A stretch of DNA of 64,000 nt, taken from positions 1-64,000 of the forward strand of contig JBGAGQ010000023.1 of the NCBI GenBank assembly GCA_044226625.1. Reading direction: 5' to 3'. The notes beneath the pieces are model-generated. The model ran no database searches. It had not been told where the DNA came from and saw nothing but the letters and a program-made list of their open reading frames with translations. This document shows, one piece after another, positions 39,304 to 49,841 of the stretch (the first letter of the stretch is position 1; each line of letters starts with the position of its first letter). The translations under genes were made by a program, and so were the position numbers. Source of the stretch: Thermoanaerobaculia bacterium (GTDB taxonomy: Bacteria > Acidobacteriota > Thermoanaerobaculia > Multivoradales > UBA5704).

Positions 39304-41856
39304 CTATTCGTAGCGCAGCGCCTGCACCGGGTTGACCCGGGTCGCCCGCGCGCCCGGCACTGCGCCGGCCAGGACCGCGACCGCGAGCAGCACGGCGGTC
39401 GCGACGGCGATCGTCGCGGGGTCGGTCGCCGTGAGCCCGTAGAGTCGGCTCTCGACCGCCCGCGTCGCGGCGAGCGCGGCGGGGAGGCCGATCGCGGTGC
39501 CGGCGACCGCGAGGATCAGCGTCTCGCGGAGGACCATCCACAAGACCTTGCCGCGCTGCGCGCCGAGCGCCATGCGCAACCCGAGCTCGTGGGTGCGCCG
39601 CGCGATCGTGTAGGAGATCACGCCGTAGAGGCCGATCGCGGCGAGGCTAAGGCCCAGCAAGCCGAAGATCGACGAGAGGCGGGCGATCAGTCGCTCGGCC
39701 TCGACCTGCGACCCGAGGGACGTCGACAGCGGATCGAGATCCTCGATGGGGACGTCGGGGTACGCCGCGAGGAGTGCCTTCTTGACCGGTTCCTTGAGCG
39801 CGGCCGGTTTCGCGCCGCGGATCTCCAGGTTGAGTCGCGACGGCGGGCGTTCTCCTTGGAGGATCGAGCTGAAGAACCGAGGCGGAACGTCGCCCCGCAG
39901 CTCGTGATCGCGGGAGTTGGCCGCGACCCCTACGATCTCGTAAACGCGTTCGGGGGCGTTGTTTTCGTCCAGAACCGAGATGTGCCGGCCGATCGGGTTC
40001 TGCCCCTTGAAATAAGTTTCGACGAGCGCCCGGTTGACGACGGCGACGCGCGCACCGCCCTGGCGGTCGGTCTCCGAAATGTCGCGGCCGGCCTGAAGCG
40101 GAATGCCCACGACTTTGAAATAGCCCGGGGCGACTTCGTCCGAGTTGACGTCGGGGAAGCCGTCCGCGGCGGGCGCGAATCCTTCCAGGCTTACGGTCTG
40201 CGACGACTCGGTTCCGCTGAACAGTCCGTTTTCCGACGCGGTGACCGCGGTGACGCCGGGGATCGCTCGGATCCGCTCGAACAGGTCACGCTGGTAGGTC
40301 TCGAACCGTTCGAGCGTGATCCCGCCGCCGACCGGATCGAGACCCGCCATCAAGATCCCTTCGCGTTCGTAGCCGAGATCGAGCCGCTCGAGGTTCGAGA
40401 GCGTCCGCACGAAGAGGCCGGCTCCCACCAGCAGCAGGAGCGACAGCGCGAACTGGGCGACCACCAGGAGCTTGCCGAGCGGCCAACGGTTGCCCGAAGC
40501 GCCCGCGAGGGAACGCGAGCTCTCCTTGAGCGTCGGCGCGAGCTCGACGCGGGTGGCGGTAAGTGCCGGGGCGAGGCCGAACAGCACCGCCGAGATCAGC
40601 GCGAGAAGGGCGGTGAAACCGAGGACCGTCGGGTCGGGCCTTAGATCGAGCGCGCTCGCCGACCCGGCGACCAGACGAAGCAGAGCGACATCGGCCCAGT
40701 ACGCGGAGGCGAGGCCGATCCCGCCGCCCAGGACCGAGAGGACGAAGCTTTCGGCGAGCAGCTGTCGGATCAGCCGGCCGCGCCCGGCGCCGAGCGCCAG
40801 GCGGACGCCGATCTCTTTCTTTCTTCCAGTCGCCCGTTCGAGCAGAAGGTTTGCGACGTTCGCCGAAGCGAGCAGGAGGACGACACCAACGATCGCCAGC
40901 AGGGTGAAGAGCGAGCGGCCGAACTGCGGCCGGAGGTAGGAGAACCCGCTGGCCCCGGGGGAAACCGGCACCTCGGCATGGAGCAGCTCGGGCGCGTCGG
41001 CCGCGGAGACGAGATCCGGCGGCTGCGCTGCGATCAAGCGATGGAAAATCCCCTGCATCTCGGCGCGAGCGGCGGACAGGGTGACCCCGTCGCGGGTTCG
41101 GCCGATCAAGAGGAGCCAGCTGATGTCCCAGTGGGTGCCGAACGAGCGCCCCGGGTTTACCTGCTCTTGCATCGAAAGCGGAATCCAGATCTCCGTCGGG
41201 GTGCCGACGATCTCGCCGGTGAATCCCGGCCGGGCGATGCCGACAATCGAGAAAGGCGAGCCGTTGAGGGTGATCTTCCGTCCGATCGCATGCGGGTCGG
41301 ATTCGAGCCGTTTGGTCCAGTAGCCGTGGCTCACCACGACGTACGGCGATGCGCCGGGGGCTTGATCGTCCGCGTCGGAGAGCGTCCGCCCGCGAAACGC
41401 CGGAACGCCGAGAACCGAGAAGTAGTTGCCCGAAACCAGCCGGCCGCGCGCGTAGGCGGAGGCGTCGCTCGCATCGGCCGGGGCCGCGCCCTCATCGCTC
41501 GAAAGGCCGACCCGCAGCCGCCCCGCGCGTCCCGAGGCGAGCAGCCCCGAGAACGACCGGCTCTGGGCGCGTAGCTCTCGGTACATGGGCACCGAGAAGA
41601 TGTCCTCCCGGAGGCTGCCGCTCGAAACCGACCCGACCATCGAGCCGTCGCCGACTACCACCAGCGATCGGGGGTCCTCCACCGGCAGCGGGCGCAGGAT
41701 CAACGCCGAGATCAGGCTGAAGATCGCCGTGTTCGCCCCGATCCCCAGCGCGAGGGAAAGCGCCGCGATCAGCGTGAACCCGGGGCTCTTGCGCAGCGTG
41801 CGCAGTGCGTACCCGAAGTCCTGAACGGTCGTTTCGAGAAAAGAAGTCGAGGCCAT
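39304..41856 (-). CDS. ADOP-type duplicated ABC permease
   Basis: 'QDFGYALRTLRKSPGFT', 'LALGIGANTAIFS' and 'VNPVQALRYE'. Confidence 0.92.
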   Translation of the reverse strand: MASTSFLETTVQDFGYALRTLRKSPGFTLIAALSLALGIGANTAIFSLISALILRPLPVEDPRSLVVVGDGSMVGSVSSGSLREDIFSVPMYRELRAQSRSFSGLLASGRAGRLRVGLSSDEGAAPADASDASAYARGRLVSGNYFSVLGVPAFRGRTLSDADDQAPGASPYVVVSHGYWTKRLESDPHAIGRKITLNGSPFSIVGIARPGFTGEIVGTPTEIWIPLSMQEQVNPGRSFGTHWDISWLLLIGRTRDGVTLSAARAEMQGIFHRLIAAQPPDLVSAADAPELLHAEVPVSPGASGFSYLRPQFGRSLFTLLAIVGVVLLLASANVANLLLERATGRKKEIGVRLALGAGRGRLIRQLLAESFVLSVLGGGIGLASAYWADVALLRLVAGSASALDLRPDPTVLGFTALLALISAVLFGLAPALTATRVELAPTLKESSRSLAGASGNRWPLGKLLVVAQFALSLLLLVGAGLFVRTLSNLERLDLGYEREGILMAGLDPVGGGITLERFETYQRDLFERIRAIPGVTAVTASENGLFSGTESSQTVSLEGFAPAADGFPDVNSDEVAPGYFKVVGIPLQAGRDISETDRQGGARVAVVNRALVETYFKGQNPIGRHISVLDENNAPERVYEIVGVAANSRDHELRGDVPPRFFSSILQGERPPSRLNLEIRGAKPAALKEPVKKALLAAYPDVPIEDLDPLSTSLGSQVEAERLIARLSSIFGLLGLSLAAIGLYGVISYTIARRTHELGLRMALGAQRGKVLWMVLRETLILAVAGTAIGLPAALAATRAVESRLYGLTATDPATIAVATAVLLAVAVLAGAVPGARATRVNPVQALRYE

Positions 41857-41948
41857 GGCGGATGCTCTCCCTGACGAATCGGGTCAGGGAAGCATACGCA
41901 AGGGGAAGGGGGAGGTTTAGGAAGAGTCCCTGTACCCGACGTTTCTTC

Positions 41949-43712
41949 CTACATCTGACCGGTGATCCACCGTACGACGTTCTTCTCCAACAGGTCGAGC
42001 GGAACGGAGCCGCTTCCCAGGACGACGTCGTGGAAGGCGCGGACGTCGAACTTCGCGCCGAGCGCCTGTTCCGCTTTCCGGCGGAGGCTCTTGATCTGGA
42101 TCTCGCCCAGCTTGTAGGAGAGCGCCTGCCCCGGCCAGGAGATGTAGCGGTCGGTCTCGGTCTCGCACTCATGGAGCGGGAGGGCGGTGTGGCTCGCGAG
42201 GTAGTCGATCGACTGCTGCCGGGTCCAGCCCATGGCGTGGATTCCGGTGTCGACCACCAGGCGGCAGGCGCGCCACATCTCGTAGGTCAAGCGGCCGAAG
42301 TCGTCGTACGGATCGGTGTAGAAACCGGCTTCGACTCCGAGCCATTCGGAATAGAGCCCCCACCCTTCGCCGTAGGCCGAGATGTAAGAGTGGCGGCGGA
42401 AGTTCGGCAGGTTTTCCATCTCTTGGGAGAGCGCGCCCTGTAGATGGTGGCCGGGAACCGCCTCGTGGAGGGTCAACGCCGGCAGGTTGTAGAGCGGACG
42501 GCTCTCGAGCATGAAGGTGTTCACCCAATAGATACCCGGCTGGGTTCCGCCGTACGGGGCTCCGACGTAGCGACCGCTGGTGTATTTCGGCGCGAGGTGG
42601 TCGGGGACCGGCTGGACGGTGTAGGGGAGTCGCGGCAGCCGGCCGAACAGCGAGGGGAGCTTGCCGTCCATTCGCTTTGCGATCCAGGCGGCGCGCATCA
42701 GCAGCTCTTCCGGTGTCTTCGCGTAGAAGCGCGAATCGGTCCGTAGAAACTTGAGGAACGCGGGCATGTCGCCGGTAAAGCCGGTCGATTTCATGACCCG
42801 CTCCATCTCCTGACCGATCCGCTCGACCTCGGCGAGGCCGATGCGGTGAATCTGCTCCGGCGAGAGGTCGAGCGTCGTGTACTTCCGGATCTGCTGTTGA
42901 TAGTAGTCCGCGCCGCCGGGCATCTCCGAGGCGCCGAGGGTCGTACGGGCTTTCGGGTAGTACTCGTTCGAGTAGAACTCGAGGAAAGTCCGATAGCCCG
43001 AAACCGCGCGTTGCACCGCCGCCCGACCGCGCGCGAGAAGGCGCTCGCGTTCCGGTGCGGGGAAGGTTGCGGGCAGGTGGGCGAGCGGCGCCCAGAAGAC
43101 GCTCTTCGTCGGATCTTCGACGACGTGCGCCGAGATCGTCTTCTCGTACCCGGCGAGCGTCGCCTTTGGTACCGTGAAGCCGCGCTCGAGCCCGTGCCGC
43201 ATCAGGGCGATCCGCTGCATCACGATCGTTGGCCAGGCTTCGAGGCGCGAGAGGTAGTTGTCGTAGTCGCGCACGGAGCCGAGCGGTACCGAATCCGGCA
43301 GCTGGGCGAACTCGCTGTGGAAACCCGAGTCGGCGTTGAACGGCATCTCGTCGTCGTCGAGGTCGAGATCGGCGAGCCGCGTCTCCAACTGACGGCGGAA
43401 GACCTGGGCGCTTGTCTGGTCGTCGGGCGAAAGCGTCGCGGTGTCGATCGCCTTCAGCTCGGTGAGAAATCCCTTCGTGGCTTCGGCCCGCCGCGCGAGG
43501 TCCTCGGGCGCGACGGTCGTCAATCGGTCGTCGTACTCGTGCCGTCCGACCGAGGTGGCGAGCTCCGGAAACTCCTTGATCCGCCATTCCCACTCGCGGT
43601 CGAAAAGCTCATGGAGGCGCGTCGTGGGGGCCGTCGCGTCCGCGGCGTAGGCCGAAAAGGGCGCGGTCAGAAGGCAGCCGAGGAACAGACCGAGAAGGGA
43701 ACGTCGAGGCAT
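41949..43712 (-). CDS. DUF885 family secreted protein
   Basis: 'HEAVPGHHLQ', 'EGWGLYSE', 'RLVVDTGIH' and 'PGQALSYKLG'. Confidence 0.92.
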   Translation of the reverse strand: MPRRSLLGLFLGCLLTAPFSAYAADATAPTTRLHELFDREWEWRIKEFPELATSVGRHEYDDRLTTVAPEDLARRAEATKGFLTELKAIDTATLSPDDQTSAQVFRRQLETRLADLDLDDDEMPFNADSGFHSEFAQLPDSVPLGSVRDYDNYLSRLEAWPTIVMQRIALMRHGLERGFTVPKATLAGYEKTISAHVVEDPTKSVFWAPLAHLPATFPAPERERLLARGRAAVQRAVSGYRTFLEFYSNEYYPKARTTLGASEMPGGADYYQQQIRKYTTLDLSPEQIHRIGLAEVERIGQEMERVMKSTGFTGDMPAFLKFLRTDSRFYAKTPEELLMRAAWIAKRMDGKLPSLFGRLPRLPYTVQPVPDHLAPKYTSGRYVGAPYGGTQPGIYWVNTFMLESRPLYNLPALTLHEAVPGHHLQGALSQEMENLPNFRRHSYISAYGEGWGLYSEWLGVEAGFYTDPYDDFGRLTYEMWRACRLVVDTGIHAMGWTRQQSIDYLASHTALPLHECETETDRYISWPGQALSYKLGEIQIKSLRRKAEQALGAKFDVRAFHDVVLGSGSVPLDLLEKNVVRWITGQM

Positions 43713-43809
43713 CGCGAGGCTCTCCGGGAAGTGGGCTTTCCCGGAGACTATCGCGACGAAGGGTCGAGTGAATCAAGAGGGCGGGCGGCGAAGGAGCGCC
43801 CAAGGGGCG

Positions 43810-43826
43810 CGGGGGCTTCGGCCCCG
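43810..43826. terminator. GC hairpin with UUCG loop downstream of the S8 protease
   Basis: GGGGC-TTCG-GCCCC within a larger GC-rich fold-back. Confidence 0.45.
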
Positions 43827-43880
43827 TGGGCTCTCCCCGGGGCAGACGGCCGCCGGGGGGATGGGCTCGCGTCGATCGCT

Positions 43881-46847
43881 CTACTGCTGGACGATCTTCA
43901 CCTCGTCGACGCCCGCCTCGACCAGGCTCGCCGTCGCGGCGTCGGCGGCCGAGATGAGGATGCGGACCGTCTGGCCGGCAAACGACGAGATGTTCGCTGT
44001 GCCGATCGCCCAGACCGCATTGTCGCTGGTCGCCGCGCCGAGCTCCTGAAGGACCTGGGTGGTCGTGGCTCCGACCACCTGGACGCGGAAGAAGTCCGCC
44101 GAGGTCGAGTTCGTCGAATGCGAGAAGTAGTAGGAGAAGGTGAGCGTGAGCGTGCCCGTCGCGGGCAGTGCGATCGCCGGCGAGCGGATCGAAGTCGTGC
44201 CGCCGTCGATGTCGAACGCTCCGGCGGAGGTGCCGGCGAGCCGGCCGGTCGACAGGTCGTTCAGGCCGGAGACGGTGGTGCCCAACTGACGTGCGCCCGT
44301 GTCGGTCGTGGCCTCCGGATCGCCGCGCTCCCACTGCCCCGTGGTCGCCGTGTCGGCGCTGGACGGGTTCGTGGTCCACCCCTTGTTGGTCTCGAAGTCG
44401 TCGAAGAATACGGTGACCGGCCCGGTGCTCGCGACGATCGAGACGGAGTCCGTGGCGGAGGCGAGGCCGTCGCTCACCTGGAGTTGGAAGACGTAGGTTC
44501 CGGCGCTCGCGGCGACGAAGCTCGCCGTGGCCGAGGTCGGGTTGGTGATCGTCGCCGCCGGGCCGGAGAGCTGGCTCCAGGCGTAGGTGAGCGGGCTCGG
44601 CGAGGCGTCCGGATCGGACGAGCCGGTGCCGTTCAAGGTGACGGTGGCGTTCACACCGGCGTTCTGATCGGGGCCGGCGTTCGCGATCGGCGTCTGATTG
44701 CCGCCGCTCTCGGTGGCGTTGCCGGTGACGACGAGCGCGAAGGGCTGCGTCCCCTGGGGCACGTTGAACGCCTTGACGGTCACCGTGTAAGTGCCCGCCG
44801 CGGGGCTCGCGATCAGGACCTGCTCGAGCGTGTTCTTCCGATCGGCTGTGCCGCCGGTGGTCGAGGAGCCGCCCGAAAAGACGTTGCCGAGGTAGGTTCC
44901 CGAGGGGCCGGAGACGGTGAGGTCGAGGTCGTTGATCAGGTTCGTCGAGGCCGCCGGGGTCGAGGGAAAGTCGGTCCAGCCGAGCGTCACCTTGAGCGAC
45001 TGTCCGGTCGCCACGGTGAACGTGTAGGTCTTGGTCGCGGTCGAGCCGGTGGCGAAGCCGGGATCGTCCTTCACCCAGAGCTTCCGCGCGTCGCCGGTGA
45101 AGAAGAGCGCGTCGTCGAGCAGCACCCGCCCCCACCCCTGGCAGTTCGCCGGGATGGCCGTCGTACCGGTCATGTTGACCGCGGAGTTGATCAGCATCGT
45201 CCGCACCAGCGCACCCGACGGGGTGAAGGCGTTGCCCGAGTTGGCGGCGCCGGAGGGATAGAAGCCGTCGGCGAAGTATTGGCGAGTGAGCGCCGCGAAG
45301 CCCGCCGCGCCCGGCGTCGCCATGCTGGTGCCGGACAGCGAGAGAGTGTTGCAGTTGTTGGTCGCCGTGTTGTTGTCGGCATTCGCCGAGATGATGCTCG
45401 ATCCGGGGACCGTGATCTCCGGTTTCAGGCGGCCGTCCGTGGTGGGGCCGCAGCTCGAAAACGAAGCCATCGAGTTCGCTGAGGTGCTGCGTAGCGTGGC
45501 GCCGACGGAGATGACGCTCTTCGCTGTCGAGGGGCTACCGACCGAGCCGGTACCGGGGCCGGAGTTTCCGGCCGCGAACAGGATGACGAAATCCTTGTGA
45601 TTCCAGAGGAACTCGTCGACGTCCTGGCTGCCGGCCGAGTAGTTGTTCTGGACCGTCGCGTTCTCGTTGTCGCCCCACGAGTTGGTGTGAATGCGCGCGC
45701 CCTGGTCGTAGGCCTGCTGGAACACCGGATTGAGGTCGACGATCGGGCAGCCGATGCCCGGCAGGTCGCCGCAGTTGTCGACCTGGTAGCCGGCGTCTTG
45801 GGCGATCAGCTTCGCGCCCGGCGCCATGCCGTCTGCCGTGTTGTGGGTGAGGAGGTTCGCGAAGTTGTCGCCGGTCGCGGTTCCCGCGACGTGCGTGCCG
45901 TGGTCCTGGGTGTCCCACTCGTTGCTCGCGATCCCGCCGTTGCACTCGGTCTGCCAAAGAAAGTCGACCGCGATCACTTTGCGCTGCGCGGTGTCGACGA
46001 CCGTTCCGCCGTTGCAGGCGTTGGTCGGCGGCAGACCGCGCGCCGGATCGCGGAAGAAGCACATGTCGGCGTCGAGGCCGGTGTCGAGCACGGCGATCGT
46101 CTGACCGACACCGAAAATCCCCTTGGAGAAGATCGGCGTCGTCATGCCGCCCGAGAGCCCGGACTGGCCGACCCAGACGGTCGTGTCGTTGAGCAGCGCG
46201 CGGCGCGGCTCGAGGTCGATCCAGAAGATCTGGGGAATCCGGGCGAGGTCTTCCCGGTAGGCGGCGATCTCGGCGTTCGAAAGGAGCAGGCGGATGCGCG
46301 AGAAGTACGAGTTCGGCGAGGCGCCCGCGATCGCCTTGATCCCGAGGTTTCTGATCCGCTCGATCGTGTCGCGCAGGTCGACGTCTGGATAGACCTGCAG
46401 CATCAGCGAGCGGAACTTCGTCTCGCTCGCCTTCTCGAACAGGGGAGGCACGACCGAGGCGGCGTCGCGCGAGATCTTGTAGGCCGGCTGGTAGGGGCCG
46501 ATCCAGCTCGCGCCGACCTCACGCGCGACCTCGGCGCTCGCACGCCCGGACGGAAGGCGGACGACGAACGCGTTGTCCGGCAGATAGGCGAAGACGGACT
46601 GCGTCGCCGCGTCGAGCTTCGCGCGCTCTTCCGTGCTGACCGGACTAGGGAACTGGACCAACACGACGTCGCCGTCGAGGCCGTCGCCCGGCTTTACCTG
46701 CAACGCGTCCGGAATCGCCGGGAGACGCTGGGTGTCGAGGAGAATCGAGTTGAGTCGGATCGCGGTCGAAGCGAAAGCCGCGTGCGAGACGGAGATAGCG
46801 CAACACAGGGCGAAGGCCGTGGCGGCGGCCCACCGGACGATCGACAT
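43881..46847 (-). CDS. Secreted S8 subtilisin-like protease with beta-sandwich/PKD-like C-terminal domains
   Basis: 'LDTG', 'HGTHVAG', 'AAGNSG' and 'SGTSMATP'. 'PIANAGPDQ' PKD-like segment. Confidence 0.93.
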   Translation of the reverse strand: MSIVRWAAATAFALCCAISVSHAAFASTAIRLNSILLDTQRLPAIPDALQVKPGDGLDGDVVLVQFPSPVSTEERAKLDAATQSVFAYLPDNAFVVRLPSGRASAEVAREVGASWIGPYQPAYKISRDAASVVPPLFEKASETKFRSLMLQVYPDVDLRDTIERIRNLGIKAIAGASPNSYFSRIRLLLSNAEIAAYREDLARIPQIFWIDLEPRRALLNDTTVWVGQSGLSGGMTTPIFSKGIFGVGQTIAVLDTGLDADMCFFRDPARGLPPTNACNGGTVVDTAQRKVIAVDFLWQTECNGGIASNEWDTQDHGTHVAGTATGDNFANLLTHNTADGMAPGAKLIAQDAGYQVDNCGDLPGIGCPIVDLNPVFQQAYDQGARIHTNSWGDNENATVQNNYSAGSQDVDEFLWNHKDFVILFAAGNSGPGTGSVGSPSTAKSVISVGATLRSTSANSMASFSSCGPTTDGRLKPEITVPGSSIISANADNNTATNNCNTLSLSGTSMATPGAAGFAALTRQYFADGFYPSGAANSGNAFTPSGALVRTMLINSAVNMTGTTAIPANCQGWGRVLLDDALFFTGDARKLWVKDDPGFATGSTATKTYTFTVATGQSLKVTLGWTDFPSTPAASTNLINDLDLTVSGPSGTYLGNVFSGGSSTTGGTADRKNTLEQVLIASPAAGTYTVTVKAFNVPQGTQPFALVVTGNATESGGNQTPIANAGPDQNAGVNATVTLNGTGSSDPDASPSPLTYAWSQLSGPAATITNPTSATASFVAASAGTYVFQLQVSDGLASATDSVSIVASTGPVTVFFDDFETNKGWTTNPSSADTATTGQWERGDPEATTDTGARQLGTTVSGLNDLSTGRLAGTSAGAFDIDGGTTSIRSPAIALPATGTLTLTFSYYFSHSTNSTSADFFRVQVVGATTTQVLQELGAATSDNAVWAIGTANISSFAGQTVRILISAADAATASLVEAGVDEVKIVQQ

Positions 46848-46946
46848 ACGAGATTCTCCCCTCCTGTTTGGAGCTTGCGAAAGCTGAGGGAGGGTACCAC
46901 GAAGGCCGCCCCCTCCGGCCGTCGCGCAAGCGGCTTACGAACCGCC

Positions 46947-47249
46947 TCAGGCCGGCAGCCGGATCTTCCGCTTCTCCGGGTCGGACTGCTCCCGGTAGAG
47001 GATGAAGATGTGGCCGACCCGGCCGACCACTTGCGCGTCGAGCTCGCCCTCGAGATGGGCCGCGAGCTCGTCCTTTTCCTCCCGCGGAATCGCCGCCTGG
47101 ACCTTGATCAGCTCATGGTCGGAAAGGGCGGCGTCGATCTGGGACAGCACCGCGGGCGAAGCGCCGTTCTTGCCGAGCCGAACGATCGGCTCGAGGGCAT
47201 GGGCGAGGCCGCGAAGGTATTTGCGCTGGGAACCTTTGAGCTGGGGCAT
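46947..47249 (-). CDS. yhbY: CRM-domain RNA-binding protein
   Basis: 'LRGLAHALEPIVRLGKNG', 'HELIKV' and 'VGHIFILYR'. Confidence 0.92.
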   Translation of the reverse strand: MPQLKGSQRKYLRGLAHALEPIVRLGKNGASPAVLSQIDAALSDHELIKVQAAIPREEKDELAAHLEGELDAQVVGRVGHIFILYREQSDPEKRKIRLPA

Positions 47250-47478
47250 GGCGTCGGATCTCGAGTGGGTAAAGAGTGTCTGCGAACGGCGAAGAAGCGC
47301 CAGGTTAGCACGCGGATTCGGGGGCCTGCCAAGGGCGAAGCGGGCGACCAGCGCCAGGGTTACAAGAATCTGGAAGAGGTCCGAGCCGCGGAGCTGCGGG
47401 AGAGCTTGCTCGAGGTCTTCGCCGCGCGCGGGCTCGCGGTCGTCGATGCGGCACGTGCCGCCCGCGGCGGCGACGGCC

Positions 47479-48015
47479 CTACAGGATCAGCCGCTCGATC
47501 AGCGCCTTGGCGTCGCGCTCGACTGCGGCCATCGCTCGGTGCTCCGGGCGGACGAAACCCTCGGCGACGAGGTGATCGAGGAATGCGAGCAACGGATCGA
47601 AGAAGCCTTCGAAGTTGAGCAAGCCGATCGGTTTCGCGTGGAAGCCGAGCTGCGCCCAGGTCCAGATTTCGAACCATTCGTCGAGCGTGCCGAGGCCGCC
47701 GGGGAGTGCGGCGAAGGCGTCGGAGAGAGCGGCCATCCGCGCCTTGCGCTCGTGCATCGAATCGACCAGCTCCAGCTCGGTGAGGCCTCCGTGGGCGACC
47801 TCGAGGTCGGCGAGCGCCCGGGGGATCACGCCGATCACCCTCCCGCCGGCGGCGAGCGCCCCGTCCGCGGCCGCCCCCATCAGGCCGGTGCGGCCGCCGC
47901 CGTAGACCAGGCCGATCCCTCGGGAGGCCAGGATCGAACCGAAGGCTCGCGCGACGTCCATGTAGTCGGACGCCACCCGGGGGCTGGAACCGCAGAACAG
48001 GCAGATCCTCTTCAT
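47479..48015 (-). CDS. LOG family nucleotide phosphoribohydrolase
   Basis: 'LFCGSS', 'VYGGG', 'MHERK' and 'PGGLGTLDE'. Confidence 0.93.
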   Translation of the reverse strand: MKRICLFCGSSPRVASDYMDVARAFGSILASRGIGLVYGGGRTGLMGAAADGALAAGGRVIGVIPRALADLEVAHGGLTELELVDSMHERKARMAALSDAFAALPGGLGTLDEWFEIWTWAQLGFHAKPIGLLNFEGFFDPLLAFLDHLVAEGFVRPEHRAMAAVERDAKALIERLIL

Positions 48016-48211
48016 CTCGCCCCTGTCATCTCGTCTTTTGGAATGCCCGTTCGGGCCCGAGATGAGACCACTCGCGGAGGCGGTAAAAAGGCGGAGAAAA
48101 AAAATTCGAAAAACGTGTCACGCTAGAGGCACCTTGTCGCACTCATTCACCGACCCGAACGGGAATGGATTCTTGGGACCGGTCGTTCGACCGGTGTTCC
48201 GGAGGGATTCT

Positions 48212-49606
48212 GTGCGCAAAGTCGCGATCGTGGGGGCCGGTCAGGCGGGGCTTCAGCTCGGTTTCGGCCTTTTGTCAAAGGGCTATGACGTTACCCTGTA
48301 CTCAGATCGTACCTCGCGAGAGGTCTTCGAGGGGCGGTGCACGGCGACTGCGTTCCTGTTTCACCAGGCCGTCGAGCACGAACGCGCGCTGGGCTTGAAC
48401 TTCTGGGATGCCGAGGTCGAGGCGGGAGAAGGCGTTCACCTCGACTTTTGCCCGACGCCGGGCAACATCCTAGTAACCGTCTCAGGCCGGTTTCGGCGTC
48501 CGGGGATGGCGATCGACCAGCGGCTCAAGTTCTCCCGTTGGATGGACGAGTTCGAGGCGCGCGGCGGACGCCTGATCATCCAAGAGATGACGGTCGCCGA
48601 CGTCGACGCGGTGGCCGCGCGCAATGACCTGGTAGTCGTGGCGACCGGTAAAGGGGAGCTCTCGGGTCTGTTCGACCGAGATGCGTTGCGCAGCTCCTAT
48701 GCCCGGCCCGCACGGCGCCTGGCGCTCCTCACAGTGACGGGTCTCAAAGAGTGGAGCCACGTGCCGTTCCATCCGGCGAAGTTCACCCTGGTCGGGTCGG
48801 ACGGCGAGATCTTCTGGATTCCGTTTCATGACAAGACCGCGGGCTCGTGTTGGAGCCTGGTATTCGAGGCGAAGGCCGGCTCGCGTTTCGACCGGTTCGG
48901 CGGCGTGCGCTCGGGAGAAGAGGCCATCGCCGCCGCCCGTGCGGTCGTTGCCGACGTCGCACCTTGGGAGCTGCACCGGCTGGACAACATCGAGCTGACC
49001 GATCCCAAGGCGTGGGCGATCGGCGCGATCACGCCGACCGTGCGTAAGCCGGTGGCGCTCCTGCCATCGGGGCGCGTCGCCCTGGGGCTCGGCGACGCGG
49101 TCGTGTTGAACGATCCGATCGCCGCCCAAGGTGGGAACCATGCCGCCAAGGCGACGCACGCGTTGTTCCAGAAGATCCTCGAGCGGGAGGATCGTCCTCT
49201 CGACGGCGCCTGGATGGCAGCGACGTTCGAGGATTTCTGGCAGCGGGAAGCGCGCTACATGACTCGCTTCTCGAATCTCTTCCTGGAGCCGATCACCCCG
49301 CCCGCGCAGGAGATCCTGCTGGCCGCCTCTCTGGGTACGGCGGTCGCCGAGGATTTCTTCGAGGGGTTCAACGCGCCTCACACCCTCTGGCCCTGGATCG
49401 ACGACCTACGCCTGGCGCGTCGACGTATCGCCGAGCGCACGGGCTTGCCCTGGATTGGCACCGCCGTAGCGTCGCGATTCTCGGTCTTGAAAGGTCAGGT
49501 CGGCCAGCGTCTTGGCAGTCGGCGGCCGGCCAAGCTTCCCGCGTTCGGCGGCATCGGCTCGACCCCGCTCGACCCCCGGCCGATGGCGGGCCCGTCCACC
49601 CAATAG
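48212..49606 (+). CDS. Styrene monooxygenase-like flavoprotein
   Basis: 'IVGAGQAGLQL', 'DQRLK' and 'GDAVVLNDPIAAQGGN'. GGAGG RBS before the GTG. Confidence 0.8.
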   Translation: MRKVAIVGAGQAGLQLGFGLLSKGYDVTLYSDRTSREVFEGRCTATAFLFHQAVEHERALGLNFWDAEVEAGEGVHLDFCPTPGNILVTVSGRFRRPGMAIDQRLKFSRWMDEFEARGGRLIIQEMTVADVDAVAARNDLVVVATGKGELSGLFDRDALRSSYARPARRLALLTVTGLKEWSHVPFHPAKFTLVGSDGEIFWIPFHDKTAGSCWSLVFEAKAGSRFDRFGGVRSGEEAIAAARAVVADVAPWELHRLDNIELTDPKAWAIGAITPTVRKPVALLPSGRVALGLGDAVVLNDPIAAQGGNHAAKATHALFQKILEREDRPLDGAWMAATFEDFWQREARYMTRFSNLFLEPITPPAQEILLAASLGTAVAEDFFEGFNAPHTLWPWIDDLRLARRRIAERTGLPWIGTAVASRFSVLKGQVGQRLGSRRPAKLPAFGGIGSTPLDPRPMAGPSTQ

Positions 49607-49841
49607 ATACCTCGCGCCCGATCGCGTACGACGGGGTCGGACTGTCTCCGTCGTCCTCCGATTGGCGATTTGGCCGCGGTTCGCTCGGCGGTGCCGTTCG
49701 GGCTGGGGCGACGATGCCGCTCGGGGTGCGGTGCCGAAGGCCCGGTAGCCTTCGCAGAATCGCTCGTCCGTTTTCCAGGTATGATTTACGCCTCAGAAGC
49801 TTAGGTTTGAAGGACGGCGAACCGCCAAGAGGAGAGTTGAA

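Noticed and set aside
47330-47478. Coding-like stretch 'GYKNLEEVRAAELRESLLEVFAARG' on the + strand between yhbY and LOG
   Set aside because: No start, RBS or recognisable family. At most it is a gene remnant.
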